A stretch of DNA of 64,000 bases from Schmidtea polychroa. Taxonomy: Eukaryota. Below the pieces are notes generated by a model. The model was not told where the DNA came from. It saw only the letters and a program-made list of their open reading frames with translations, and made no database searches. Every line of letters starts with the position of its first letter. Position 1 is the stretch's first letter. The position numbers and the translations under genes are program-made. Below are positions 1-13,841 of this stretch, piece by piece. The DNA lies in NCBI GenBank assembly GCA_044892525.1, contig CM097885.1:40054001-40118000 (forward strand). Direction: 5' to 3'.

Positions 1-8
1 ATAATAAT

Positions 9-60
<52 letters not shown>

Positions 61-63
<3 letters not shown>

Positions 64-219
64 TGATAATTTAAGCCTTTTGCTGCAAATAATGTATTTA
101 ATGAAAAAATTTTCGACTATAAGATAGTCCTTGTCAATCTCCTTGACAAGGACTATCTTATAGTCGAAAATCTTTTCATTAAATACATTATTTGCAGCAA
201 AAGACTTAAATTATCATTT
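61..219. repeat. Near-perfect hairpin, 77-bp stem with 5-nt loop
   Basis: 61-137 is the reverse complement of 143-219 with 2 mismatches; loop TCTCC at 138-142. Confidence 0.95.
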
Positions 220-265
220 TATTGTTTTAAATAATAAATGCTGCTACCAAGAAATCATCATTTAA

Positions 266-980
<715 letters not shown>

Positions 981-3486
981 TAATTTTAATAAAGATTTTT
1001 TTGTTTCCTAATTTTAATTATTTTTAAATCACATTATATATTAATAATTAGTAATTATTATAAAACCAAAATAATAATATGGAAAAAGTAATTGAAAAAG
1101 ACTGGTAAGGTGAATTCAGCAGAATTATGCAATGACAACCAAATTGGTACAATAATTAGTACGAAAAAGTCCAGAACTCATCTTATTAATCAGTTAAAAC
1201 ATAGAATATGCACGAAAGAAAAATAAAATAAATCCATTACAGACAGGTTACAATAATCATAAACATTTATGTATAACCTTGATCTTCGTACTGTCCTGGA
1301 GCTAATGTATCGAATTTGTGATTTTTGATAGAAATACTTCGTTTTTTTCAATAAAATTTTAATCTATATAATGACACTTTATCTGAACACTTTCAACCAT
1401 TAGAAGTTCCCTAACAAAATACATTCCGAAACTACCCGAGTAAAAGGAAATGTTTAATGTGCTAATAGATCAAGAGCTGTATGTTTTGACTGCCTAAAGG
1501 GGACTTAGAAAATGTTTCAATCATCCTTTATGCGAAGAAAACTCGTTATAAGCTTTATATTTATATAATTTTATTCAAAAGCACATATACATTAAATACA
1601 AGTGTTATCATTTCTTACAAAAAATGAAAATTAAAAAATAAAAAAATTGTTTTTTACCGTCGATTACAGTCTCTCAATGTATGAAAATTATTTTTTTCAT
1701 CCCTTTATTTATGTTCTAAGGAAAATTTTCATAAGGTAATAAAAGTGTAAATATCAATTATACGAATGGTGCAATTATTTTAATAGATTTACAAAAATAT
1801 TTATTTTATTATTTCTATTTTATTTTTCAAAATTGATTTAACTGCTTTTGAAATAGTTGTAAGATTTTTAAAGTGATATTTTATGTGATTTCTAATAACA
1901 GAAACTCGACTCCATTTGCTGTCTGGTCACAAAGTTGCAGCGTTCCTATGTTGCCTATGAACACAGAGAGTGCCAAATAAACTCGAACTAGTCTGCCATT
2001 AGAAATTACATTGATTATCATTTTAAAAACTTAATTTTATTCAGTTAGTCATCCGCAAAAAAAAATAAAATATCATTTTAGATTTCATTTTTGTGTCTGT
2101 CCCTTAGTATGATTTCAATTTAATATTTAGTCTTAGATTATTTTTAACTCAAAAAGATTAAAAAAATAATTTGTTTTATTTTTAAAAAAATAATTTGTTT
2201 TACTTTATGATGAATTGGGTAGTAGTTTTTTTAAATAGTTTTATTTTTAAATGTTAATATTTAAAAATTATATTTTTAAAACCTAGAACCCATTAAAACA
2301 TTTTCTTATTTTTTTAAATTTATTATAATTTTATTTTTATTAATATAGAAATTTACAAAATTCTTCATTTATTTAATTAAACTCAAATGATTATTTTATT
2401 TTATTATTTTATCTTAAACATGAAATATTAATCGATATTCGAAAAGAAAGAAATGAAATAAAATAAATAATTAAAATTCTCGGAATTTTCTATTTCCAGT
2501 TGAATTGTAACAAATTACAGAAGTTCCCAAAAAAGTCGAATTATCACCAAAGGAAGTGACAGGAAAAGAAATCAAAATTTATGATTATTCCTCGAAAGAA
2601 TTGAATGCGGTTCAATAGTATTGCTAGTCAACATTATTATCTAATAACTAACTGTAAAGTAAAAGAAAAAATCATATATAATAATACTGAAGTAGTAAAG
2701 TCCAAAATAGAATATTAAAAGCAAATAGCTTCGACATTAAATCATATCCAAAAAGGAAATTATGAAGCGGCCGCACGCGATTCACTTGTCCAACAGTTGG
2801 CAAAGAGATGAGTTGCAAACTGCTGCAAACAACTCATTAGCCGACGTCTCCAAATGCAATTCTGTCGACCTTAACCTAATGACACACGCATTTTGAAAAA
2901 TTTCAACGATCACCTTGAATGATTAGCTTAATTAGTTAAAAGCACCTTAGAGATTTGTAAGTAGCCTATCAATTTTGATTACCAACCTGTCTTATCTTAC
3001 CAACAGCCGATTCGGTGATAGATAAATCGACTCTGAGAGGAACATGCTCACTCTTTACGTAGGCCTCCTTACTCTTCTCTACCTACCCCTCTTCACAGAA
3101 TCAGTCAACCAGAAGATGATATCAAGAAAACAAAATTAACTCTACTAGCCGTTAAATATTAAATTTCAATTAAATTTCAGAAGTTTTCCAGATGTATTTG
3201 AGGAAACAATTGCTAGATTAAATTTATTATTGAATTATTATTATTTTTTTATTTAGTTCAATTTTTATTTTTTCTTTGGGTCGACTTTTTAAAGGATTGT
3301 CTTGGGAATTTTGGAATTGATAATTGAATAAACAGTGTTTACTTATTGTTAAATGTTTCATAATTGTGCCGATTAAATTACACTTTAATACTTAAAATGA
3401 GATAAATTCGGTTTTGATTAAAACAATTTTTTTGTTTTAAATATAAAATATACTTATTGTTTATTTATAATAATTTAATTTATTAA

Positions 3487-3532
<46 letters not shown>

Positions 3533-3714
3533 TTCTTTATTATTATATTAATCAAGTAAATAAAAAGAATAAGCTTTTAGCACAAATAGGTATTAAATTT
3601 TCTAATTTAATTTAATAAAATTTATAAAATTCATTTATAAAACAAAGGGTTATTCATATCATTTACTTGTTTGACATTTAATATATCATATAACGAAGAA
3701 ACTATCATTTTACC

Positions 3715-3913
<199 letters not shown>

Positions 3914-6361
3914 TTTTATCAAATATATATTTTATTTCGGTTCGAATAGTTTATTATTAATTTTTTAAGTGAATCTTGTTTTCGCATCTTTTTCAGAAAG
4001 TAGGTGATTTTTTCAAAAAGATTTTTGCGTGTTTTAAGGTAGCTTTTGTCAAATTTATGTGCTTGCTAAGAGAAGACGTTTAAAAGATCATTTAACAAAA
4101 CCATGTGAAATTAAAAAAGAAAATTCAAATAGGAGTTTCTAAATGGAATAAATGAAATTTGGAAATTGAAACTGAATGTGGAAGAAGTCATCTCTATTTA
4201 TTCAATAATTATTAGTGATGCAACTTAATTTTGATTTTATATAATTATGAAATCATTATTCAAGTTCTTAAATATTACTGTTAGACAGCATTTATAATAT
4301 AACATATTGATAATTAAATTTCAGGTGTTTTTTTAGGAATTTTGAAATTTTATGAATTTATTTGGAATTATTTCAATAAAATGTAAGTTAGATATATTTT
4401 TGATTATAAATAATTTAACTAATCACCGAAGACATTTATTTTTTTAATATAATTAGGAAAGAAGGAAAGGCTGAATTTTATAATTTTTATAATTTTATAA
4501 TGAAATAATTTATTTAAATTTACGAATTGTGAATTTCTTTCTGCAAATTCTAATATGCTGTAATTTAATGAATAAATCTTACATTGTCAGATTTCCACCT
4601 GAGATTTTCCTGAGAAATATCTGTAAATCTAAAGAGTTTATATTCTAAATTATTTTATAATTGAATTTTACGATGTATTTTCTTCTTTTTCTCTGAAGCT
4701 CAAGGTAGAGCTGTCGGATTCTAAGTTAAAAGTATTTTCCTACAAAATTTTTTAATAATTTCAAAATAATTATATTTTAACAATATGTTAACAATATGTT
4801 AATGGTTATTTATTTCGGAACAAAAAAAGCTATAATAAATTTGCATGCATTTATCATTATGTGTTTTGTGTTGGTATGTTCAATTTTTTTCTCTCACCTT
4901 CACAAATCCTATAATAAAGTTATTAAATTTCGGAACAATAAATTTCTACACACAGGTAAGATTGTGTGTTCCTATACTATAAATTTATTGATTTATTTTA
5001 GATTATAGAAGTTACTAAATTTCGGAATTAGGTGTATATACGGTAATTTTTACAACCAAGGAGTATTGTTTTTTGCTAACCAAATCTTCCGAATTCGGTT
5101 TTAAACATGTTCAGTTATAGTTATTCTAACAATTGGTCGCATATAATAATCTGTAATTCTTGATCTTTCTGAATATTTATTATTTTTTAAAGTTGAAAAC
5201 ATTTTTCGTCTGAATATGGGTCGTCGAACATAGCTAAAAATATCCACTTATTTAAATTTGCACAATTAACAAAATCATATTACGTTGAATAAAACCATTA
5301 TTTAATATTTTTAGCTTATTATTATAAGTTTGTTTGATTACTCTAAACATCATCAAATTCAGAATATTTAAATTAGCGAATAAAAGCGTATTATTTATTT
5401 GTTCATTTAATTCTTACTCATATGCCTAGTTTATATATAACTTGATCGAGTTAACTGAATATTAAATAATTCTTATAAATTATGTATTTTAATCAAAATA
5501 CTCATTATAAAAATTTCAATTCCTGCGACTTTTGTGATGCTGAATGTCAACATTCAAAATAATATTTAATTTTTCTTTGCCAAAGTAACAACTTCTTTTT
5601 GAAAACTTTAATATTGTCAAATAACAAGAAAACAACATGTTTGACTTGTGTCTTACTATTAACATTTTCTTGTACAGTACTTTTTTTAAAGGTTTCACTG
5701 AATCACAATTTTTGCACAATATATTCATCTATGTTAAATTCTTGTTTGATTACTTCTTTAGGGCTCTGTGATTTGTAAGGACAGAAATCATTTACTAATT
5801 ATTTTAATATAAATTTTGTTTACATTTCAGACATGAAAGTATAAATACAAATTTTCAATACCTACAAATGTGGTCACAGTCAGCGAAAGTATTTAGAATA
5901 AGGTAACTTGGAACGTTAAATTAAAACCAGGTTCTAAAATTGGTAATTTCGTCAAAGAATTCGAAGAATCATTCTGAAACTTTATTACTAGAAAGCCATC
6001 GATGTATTAAATTCTTTAATTTCAAGAATTTTGGCAAGAACAGGCAGGGAAATTATTTATATTTTTGGTGGCATTTTTAGCATAATGTTTTGGCTGATAA
6101 CAACTCTAACTCTTCAATAGATTTGGTCTATGAAATGTCAACTTTAATTCACATTCATTTGAATTTATCTTCATAAAGCTTTTCTACATGTTTGTCATAA
6201 TTTTCTATATCGTTTCGTATCTTTTCAAGATTTTTTTTTGCACAACACATGCATATCAAACATAAACTTTTATTTTCCCCTTGAACCGTCTTTTGTGACT
6301 CTTAATAGTAAAAGTGGCCTTGTTATGGTAACCCTTTATGCATCTCCCTTTTATTTATATT

Positions 6362-8646
6362 CATAGGCGTAGCCACGCCCTGGCAATTATGGGCAGTGCC
6401 CGGGTTTAATTTCTCTCGGCCCGGGTTGCACAGGCTTTTGAAAAATAAAGTCTTTATCTTCAGTCCATTGAAAAACAAATGAATCAATGCGTTCGCAGCC
6501 TCGCCGATAATAGGTACGTATTTTGTAAAATTGCGACCAAGACTGTATTACGCAAAGTCGTATCCCCTAAAACAACAATATTGCGGTTTTTTAGCAGCAA
6601 AGCGTGTTGCCAGGCTCAAAGTTAATAAACCAATCACAGCACGCCTATAATATAATATGATTGTCCAATCAGCGACGAATAAAACATCTCGAATAAACTG
6701 GTAATGAATAAAACATTCAGGCATACGCAACGTAGTAGTGCACATTAATTTTGTGAAATTTGAATATTATGCTGATATTAAGTAAAAATTTGTAAATAAT
6801 CAAATAACTTTAATTTTAATAGGATAAATAAAAAAAACTACAGTAATTTTTAAAAAATATAAAAATATTGTAACCATGGCCACTGAAGACCGAAGAAAGA
6901 AACTAAAAAGCGATGAGTTAGCAATAGCGTCATCGGGGGTGCATAAATTGTCAGCTTTCGGCTTTAGCATCAATCCAAAAGAGAATGACACCGTCGACAC
7001 GCCGGAAACGGCAGTCTTACGCTGCGAAACATCGGATGACACAGCTTCTGGTCCTACATCAAATTCGAATATTGATCAGCAAGTCAATTGTTACGCCGAT
7101 ATTACAGTGACAAACTCGGGAAATGAAGTAAATGAACAGAATAAACAATCTCAACCTCTCCAAAAATTTTCAGAGGACATTTCCAAGGGGAAACAGCATG
7201 TCCCCGTTCAACCAACCTCACTTATATACTCGTGGAGATGTTTTGGAATAACCTAATCAGTAAAACGTCGTTTTCAAAGTTGTTTTTTGTGGAATTTCCG
7301 TGGATGGAATATTCTGTTAAGCAGGATGCTTCATATTGCTTTTGCTGTCGTTACTGGAGCAAAGAATGTTCACCGTTTGCCGAACCTACTGGATTTTCTG
7401 ACTGGCAGCTCGCAAAAGGTCAAAAGTTTGGATTAACTCTTCATATTTCATCTGCTGAACATTTGCGATGCATAATGGAATGGGGTCAATTTAGAATCCG
7501 CGAGAAAGAAGGAAAACAAGTTGTTAATTTGATCGATAAGGCTGCCGTTACACTGTGCGAGAAAAACAGGTACTACATAAAAACGTTAGCAGAGGTAATA
7601 TTATTTTGTGCTAAACAAGAAATCGCTTTACGTGGTCACTATGAGAGTGAGGAGTCTGAAAACAAAGGAAACCTTTTGGAATTAATCGACGTTATCAGCC
7701 GTCACGATGACAGGTTTGCAGCTCGATCGCGTTCATTGCCCGACAATGCCACTTATCTATCGCCATCAATCCAGAACGATATCGCCCTTTTTATAGCCAC
7801 TTGCATTTCCGATCTAACATCAAAGGCCGTCGAAGAAGCGGGTATGTTCTCACTTTTGGTAGACGATACAAAAGATATTAGTAAGACTGAACAAACATCC
7901 ATAGTGCTACGATTTTTTGATAAGTCTACAAATAGCATTAACGAACGTTTTCTTGGCTTTTTTCAGCCAAGTGGTCTTGATGCTCAGTCTCTCGTAAACT
8001 GCATTACTGAGGCGCTGAACAAACATGATGTTAACATTAAAAATTGCATAGCTCAGGCATACGACGGTGCGTCAGTGATGAGTGGAGATATTAGTGGAGT
8101 TCAGAGGAAAATTCAAGATTTGGTTCCGCATGCGGTCTATGTGCATTGTTACGCATATAGAGTCAAGCTTGTGTTAGTAAATGTTTGTAAAAATGAACCA
8201 ATCGCTCGTGATTTTTTGATCTTGTTCAGTCGCTATATATTTACATCTCGTCAGCTGTACCTCGTGCACACTTTTGTGCAACCCAAGCTGGAATGGATTA
8301 CAACAACGCTGTGTTTGAACTCAAGCGAATAATAGACACAAGCTGGACATGTCAATATACAGCAATTGATAGCATCCGAAAAACATTTACTGCAATCTTG
8401 AAAACATTCGAGGAGCTGTCACTTGGTGGTGGCGACAGAGCACTTATGGTGCTTGGATCATTGCAAAAAATTCAAAACTTCAAGTCTATTTTATCATTGG
8501 AATTGTTTCACTCTCTATTTCAACAAACTACTACGCTTGCAGAATCACTTCGAAATTCGTTTATTTAAATTTGTTTTTTTTAAATTATGAATATTTTTGT
8601 GTTGGGCAGCTGCCCGGGCTGCATTATGACCCTGGTTACGCCACTA
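6362..8646 (+). mobile_element. hAT DNA transposon, defective
   Basis: Imperfect TIRs CATAGGCGTAGCCA / TGGTTACGCCACTA; perfect 8-bp TSD TTTATATT at 6354-6361 and 8647-8654. Confidence 0.92.
6876..8568 (+). pseudogene. hAT transposase (ZMYM1-like, TTF-type zinc finger), frameshifted and C-terminally truncated
   Basis: Motifs WMEYS..YCFCC, ALRGH, DDTKD (DExxD-like), YDGASVMSG, YVHCYAY and DTSW (DTRW-like) are spread over three frames. Confidence 0.88.
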
Positions 8647-9235
8647 TTTATATTCTCAAAAATTATACGAATTATAGAAAAAATAGTTCAAATTTCCTTT
8701 TCGAAATTGTTTTCCCCCAAAATTACTTTAACTATTTTATAGTACTACTTATAATAAGTAGTTAATAAGTAGTTTGTTTATTTGTAAACATGTTTTAGCA
8801 ATAACTATAAATGATTGAATAAATTCATCGTAATTGAGTCATCCAATTTTTTTTTATTTTAAATTATTATTATTAATAATTTATTAACAAGCTTAGTGTT
8901 ACATTCAGCATTTCTTAGAAATACAAACTTTAAATTACATTAAAAGGCAAAATTAATAAATGATATTATTATTGTACAAACCGTAGCGTGAATAAAAACG
9001 ACATGCAAAATGTAGCCGTCGAATCCGTAAACCGTAGCGTTGGCTATATGAATCATCCTACGGATAAAAATTAAAACAGTATGTCGGTTTTTTTCGCTGT
9101 CTAAGGGTTACGCGTGACTATTCTATTTGTAGACTATTCAGAAATCCACCATTATTCTTCGGTGGTATCAAAGTTTATTACACATTATTATTCAAGGCAT
9201 AATAGAAAATCGTAACACTGATTAAATACATAGAC

Positions 9236-9356
9236 AGTAGTAGGATGTGTCACCTCCAGGACATGTCACATCCAGGACACCCCCTACCCCCCAAAGGTCA
9301 AGATCAAATTTTAAGGTCAAGGTCAATTTTTTTAAGGTCAAGGTCAAATTTTTTTT
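9236..9356 (+). repeat. Left terminal inverted repeat of the Polinton-like element
   Basis: Reverse complement of 23802-23913, apart from a 16-bp tandem duplication (TGTCAC[C/A]TCCAGGACA) and several substitutions and indels. Confidence 0.9.
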
Positions 9357-9726
9357 AAAGGACTACATATTAATGAAAATTAATTTTACTCTCTTTATTC
9401 ATATTTATATAATATTCTAAAGACTACCACAGTCTTAAATAAGTGGGTCAAAGGCAATTATTTATAAATTGATAATTATTATTTAATATCTATGCAATCG
9501 AATTTATTCATTGATTTTTGGTTGCAAACTCCATTTGAATATAATCTTATAACAATATGAAATAATAATAATAATAATTTACTGATATCATTCACACGTG
9601 ATTTAGTAACAGTTCATAGTGCAAATCATGTGAATTTCCTTTGATGTAATCGATTATTAACGCATAATTTCATACCACATGTTATCCCTTCAATTATTTT
9701 AATCAATAATAATTCAGTATTTTTCC

Positions 9727-9796
<70 letters not shown>

Positions 9797-10073
9797 TTTT
9801 TACAAATAATTACTATTATTATAAGAACTTTTATTTCTTCCAATTTCACCATTGATTATAATATCCATTGAATTGAAAAGAGAATTTTGAAGATTATAAA
9901 TCAGTAATATATCGATGTTTGTTGACTCTCAAAATTTTCGGCACTGCCTTGTTAAGTGAATTTGATCATTATTACATTAAATATTTATTGTTGGATAATT
10001 ACATTTAAAAGGTTCAACCAATTTTATAAATCAGCTTTGAATCACTTTAATATAAATCTTCATAAGAAATTAC

Positions 10074-10154
<81 letters not shown>

Positions 10155-10386
10155 ATTTACATCAACTCAAATTTAACAAGGTTAGTCACACAAATCGAAT
10201 TCTGAAATCAAACAAATGCATTAATTAAAAATTAAAATCATCGACATACACAACCGCCGCCCGCCCCGAAGGGGCTGGGCGGTAGTTTGTAAATTTGGTT
10301 TATTTTGAATATTATTATTTGATACATAGTTTTATTATTTACAATATTCAAAGTATTAATAACAAAGGTAAAGAAATAAATGTTTA

Positions 10387-10770
10387 TTAAATGTATATAG
10401 TATGATACTCATTAATATACATTGAACATGCTTTACATTTGCGAACATTTGAATCATGGCATTTAGAACATACAATTACATGTCCGCAAGGTAAAAACAA
10501 AACCGATACTTGATTTTCTTTACAAATGTAACAAGTTAAATACATTTTCCTACCATCATTGAGTTTTTTCCTTAGCTTATTTTCAATCAATTCGGATTTC
10601 GATATCCATTCATAAATCAGTCCACTACTATATCCTGGTTCCAGCCTTAAATCCATACAATTCCAAAAGCATTCATTCAATGAATCATTATCTACTATTG
10701 CTTTGTCTAAATGCATCAAATAAATCGATAACTTCAAAATGCATTTATTGTAATTAAATAAATCAATCAA
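10387..10770 (-). CDS. C-terminal C3HC4 RING protein (IAP/MDM2-type RING, no BIR domain seen), left-arm copy
   Basis: CYIC-x11-CGH-x3-CSKC-x7-CKAC followed by a terminal IYI; start codon uncertain (TTG). Confidence 0.7.
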   Translation of the reverse strand: MIDLFNYNKCILKLSIYLMHLDKAIVDNDSLNECFWNCMDLRLEPGYSSGLIYEWISKSELIENKLRKKLNDGRKMYLTCYICKENQVSVLFLPCGHVIVCSKCHDSNVRKCKACSMYINEYHTIYI

Positions 10771-10985
10771 ATATCCAATGGAGGAATGTTTGAAAATTTC
10801 TAAAATTTTTATGGTTTCCTTTTCAGTGCTCTCACATAATTGTTCATAAAATCTTCAACGGTGCAGTTTAAAAACTTGAATGATCTCGTGGTCTGAAGTT
10901 TTATTGACACAAGGAAATCACAACGTTTTTTTAAATTCAATTTTTATCACAAAATCTGCATATTAAAACAAATTTAATTATGCAA

Positions 10986-13841
10986 TTACATCTCCGCGTG
11001 ATTTTCATCTTCGTTCTCGATAAAACTGGTTTCAAAATCATCAAGATAACGAGGTCTTTTCGTCCTGCCTCTACGTTCATCTCGGCGAAGTGAGTTGAGT
11101 ATAGGATTGTCTACGTCTGTTAATCCATCATTGTCGTTGTTCTCCACTGACGCTTCGTTGACAGCCGGTCGTATGTCGGAATAGTGTCGCGGAATCCCGT
11201 TGATCTCGAAATTAGTCGATGAATTTACCTTCGTTACAATCCCTTCACCCCGTGTCGATGTGCACTTCGCATTTGGTGGTTTAACGTAAACTGCATCGCC
11301 AACTTGGAATGACGTGTCCTGTGTCTTCGCTTGTGTATAACAAGCGCCAACTCCTTTCCAGCAATATGAAAACACTGATGAAGACGGCGGCGTTCCGCAC
11401 TTGTCATTGGGTGCTAGGTTATACCAATATACCATTTCCAATATTCCCTTGTTGGTTCTTGCTGCCATGCGTTTAATTGTACGATGGTTCCGTTCTATTA
11501 TGCCGTTTCCTGATGGCCGATAAGCACATCGAAACACACATTTCACACCCCATTTGCGACACAGTACTTTCATTTGTGTCGAACGAAATGATGTCGCATT
11601 ATCAATCAACAGCTCATCAGGGGAACCTCGTTCTCTAAAGATCTGTTCAAGATTCCGTGTGATGGTCTCCGCGTCTTCACATCTTATTTCTCTCCACAGA
11701 GCAAAACGACCCGGTCCACAATCAATCATAGTTAAATAAAGCTTACTTAGATAGTGTGTAACATCCATAGCCAGTCTCTTCCACGTCTCCTTAACGTTTA
11801 ACTCTCCATGCTCCCATTTTACAGGCGCCGGATCGATAGATTGACATTCTGAACATTCACTAATTATAGCCTTTACATCCTCAAGTGTAACGTCCGGGCA
11901 AAGTTGCTTTGCAAAATACAACGTCTTCTTGGCACCGAAATGGTGCTGTCTATGACTTTCTCGTAACACTTGGTTCACAACAGCAACAGTGCTTGCAGTT
12001 GGTTCGACACACGATTTAACCCATGTCAGCCATTTATTACTGACTCTTGTGAGTGCATCTGCTCTGTTTTTATCTGTCGGGACTAACTCGACCGAGATCG
12101 TTAAGTCATAGCTTTTTCGTAATTCACAAATGATCTGCAGACGTCTTCGGACTAGCATCTCAGCAATTCCATGAGTTCGGATTCTGGCAGTATCCGTTAA
12201 AACTGAATCTATCAAACTCCTGACGGTAGCGGAATCTGTTACTACAACTAAGTTGCTTCTTTCCCAGCTGATGGCTAAGTTAATTCCCTTTATCACAGCG
12301 TCTAACTCTGCAAGGTTTATATGAGCAAAATCGTTTTTCTTCCTCATCCATGATGCATCTTCGACGATTTTTCCTGATATTTCTAACGCAACTCCTAATG
12401 CCAGATTGCTCGCATCGCACCAGACAATCGTAGATCCGTCCTTGTTTACGTGCCACTCACCAGTCACGGGATCGCTCTCTTTCACACGATACATCATTTC
12501 GTTAACCATTTTTAACGCGATTTTTCCAATCGTATCATCCCACTTACTTCCAGCACTGTGTCGTTTTATATAGCTACTTGCTACTCTTAACCATCCAGCA
12601 ACGGGATAGTGCCCAACAAGTTGACCGCAGAGGGAAAATAACTCCCTTCTTGACATAGTTGTAAACGCACTGTATGGCAAAATATTTCCACGATGCCACG
12701 TACGACCGTTAATACTTGTTTGAAGCTGGAGACCTAGCACTCTTGCATCATCAAACTCTTCCGGTGGCTTTGTAATTAGCCCGTATGCTGTTAAATGGCC
12801 TATTACTTCATTGACGTTGATTCTTGACTGGTTGACAATAATGTCATCAATATAACTATCCGTTGCTTTCCTGATATCTTCTCTTAAACTCAGTACCTTC
12901 CGTAATATTGTTGACATTATTTTCGGAGCCACATTTAAACCAAAACCGAGTCTCGTTAGAAAGTATCCGTTCCCTTTGTAACTAACCCTTTGGTGCTCCC
13001 ATAGGTCTTCATCAACATGTATCTGAAGATAAGCATTTTTAAGATCAATTAACATTACCTGTTCACCCATCATTCGCCATCGCCTTAATGATTCGCCACA
13101 TACATCACTTTGTCCAGTATGGCTACTAACATATTTATTTAGTTCTCGAAAATCCATTACTGGACGAACTTTTCCTTTGTTTGCTTGCTCTACTGCCAAT
13201 AACGGAATTTTTCCATACACAACGTCTTTCGTTGGAATTAGCCATCCTTCTTGAACCCACCGTTCAATCTCCGTGTCAAACTTGTGCTGCAGCCTTGGAT
13301 CGATTTTATAATTTGAAATTCTATTCAATAGTACAGCTGGTTCTGCTTTCCATTTCCACTTCACCGTCCACTTGCCGTCACTGAATGCTGCCGAAAAATT
13401 ACCATCTTCAATTTGCAAATTCTCATTTAACTGATTCTCAGCCACGCACGATACGTTTGCAATACCTGGAAAAGATACACCGGTCTTGTCAATTTTAAGA
13501 CCTCCCAGCATCCCTATTACGTCCATTCCTAAAATCATTTCAACATTAAGTGGTAGTTTCATCAACGAAACACAATTAACACTCAATAAACTACCACCAA
13601 CGATCAGCTGAACTTTCACATCACGCATACACTTGACTAGTGATCCATCCGCAGTCATGATACTCCCATTCCGTATAAATTTTTTCTTCGCAATTCTGGC
13701 TGACACAACTGATTTGGAACATCCCGAGTCGATCAATGCTTTCACGGACTCCCCATTGATTATGACTGAAATAAACTGCAGCGCCATTATATTCGTGCTA
13801 GAGTAGACGCTGGCGCACGCGCTACTCCTTTGGCATTTCCC
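10986..13841 (-). CDS. pol: Pol polyprotein (protease, RT, RNase H, integrase), probably reached by -1 frameshift
   Basis: LIDSGC; YIDD; CDAS/LAE/TDS/ADALTR; HHCC (HRQHH..CSEC); D-D-E (AMDV, IDN, IIER); uninterrupted ORF. Confidence 0.93.
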   Translation of the reverse strand, partial: GKCQRSSACASVYSSTNIMALQFISVIINGESVKALIDSGCSKSVVSARIAKKKFIRNGSIMTADGSLVKCMRDVKVQLIVGGSLLSVNCVSLMKLPLNVEMILGMDVIGMLGGLKIDKTGVSFPGIANVSCVAENQLNENLQIEDGNFSAAFSDGKWTVKWKWKAEPAVLLNRISNYKIDPRLQHKFDTEIERWVQEGWLIPTKDVVYGKIPLLAVEQANKGKVRPVMDFRELNKYVSSHTGQSDVCGESLRRWRMMGEQVMLIDLKNAYLQIHVDEDLWEHQRVSYKGNGYFLTRLGFGLNVAPKIMSTILRKVLSLREDIRKATDSYIDDIIVNQSRINVNEVIGHLTAYGLITKPPEEFDDARVLGLQLQTSINGRTWHRGNILPYSAFTTMSRRELFSLCGQLVGHYPVAGWLRVASSYIKRHSAGSKWDDTIGKIALKMVNEMMYRVKESDPVTGEWHVNKDGSTIVWCDASNLALGVALEISGKIVEDASWMRKKNDFAHINLAELDAVIKGINLAISWERSNLVVVTDSATVRSLIDSVLTDTARIRTHGIAEMLVRRRLQIICELRKSYDLTISVELVPTDKNRADALTRVSNKWLTWVKSCVEPTASTVAVVNQVLRESHRQHHFGAKKTLYFAKQLCPDVTLEDVKAIISECSECQSIDPAPVKWEHGELNVKETWKRLAMDVTHYLSKLYLTMIDCGPGRFALWREIRCEDAETITRNLEQIFRERGSPDELLIDNATSFRSTQMKVLCRKWGVKCVFRCAYRPSGNGIIERNHRTIKRMAARTNKGILEMVYWYNLAPNDKCGTPPSSSVFSYCWKGVGACYTQAKTQDTSFQVGDAVYVKPPNAKCTSTRGEGIVTKVNSSTNFEINGIPRHYSDIRPAVNEASVENNDNDGLTDVDNPILNSLRRDERRGRTKRPRYLDDFETSFIENEDENHAEM

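Noticed and set aside
1380..1560. Cys-rich fragments resembling a piggyBac C-terminal domain
   Set aside because: Multiple stops and no ends found; too degenerate to call
5516..6290. CxxC-containing minus-strand fragments, possibly a PHD-type ORF1 remnant
   Set aside because: No continuous frame or diagnostic motif
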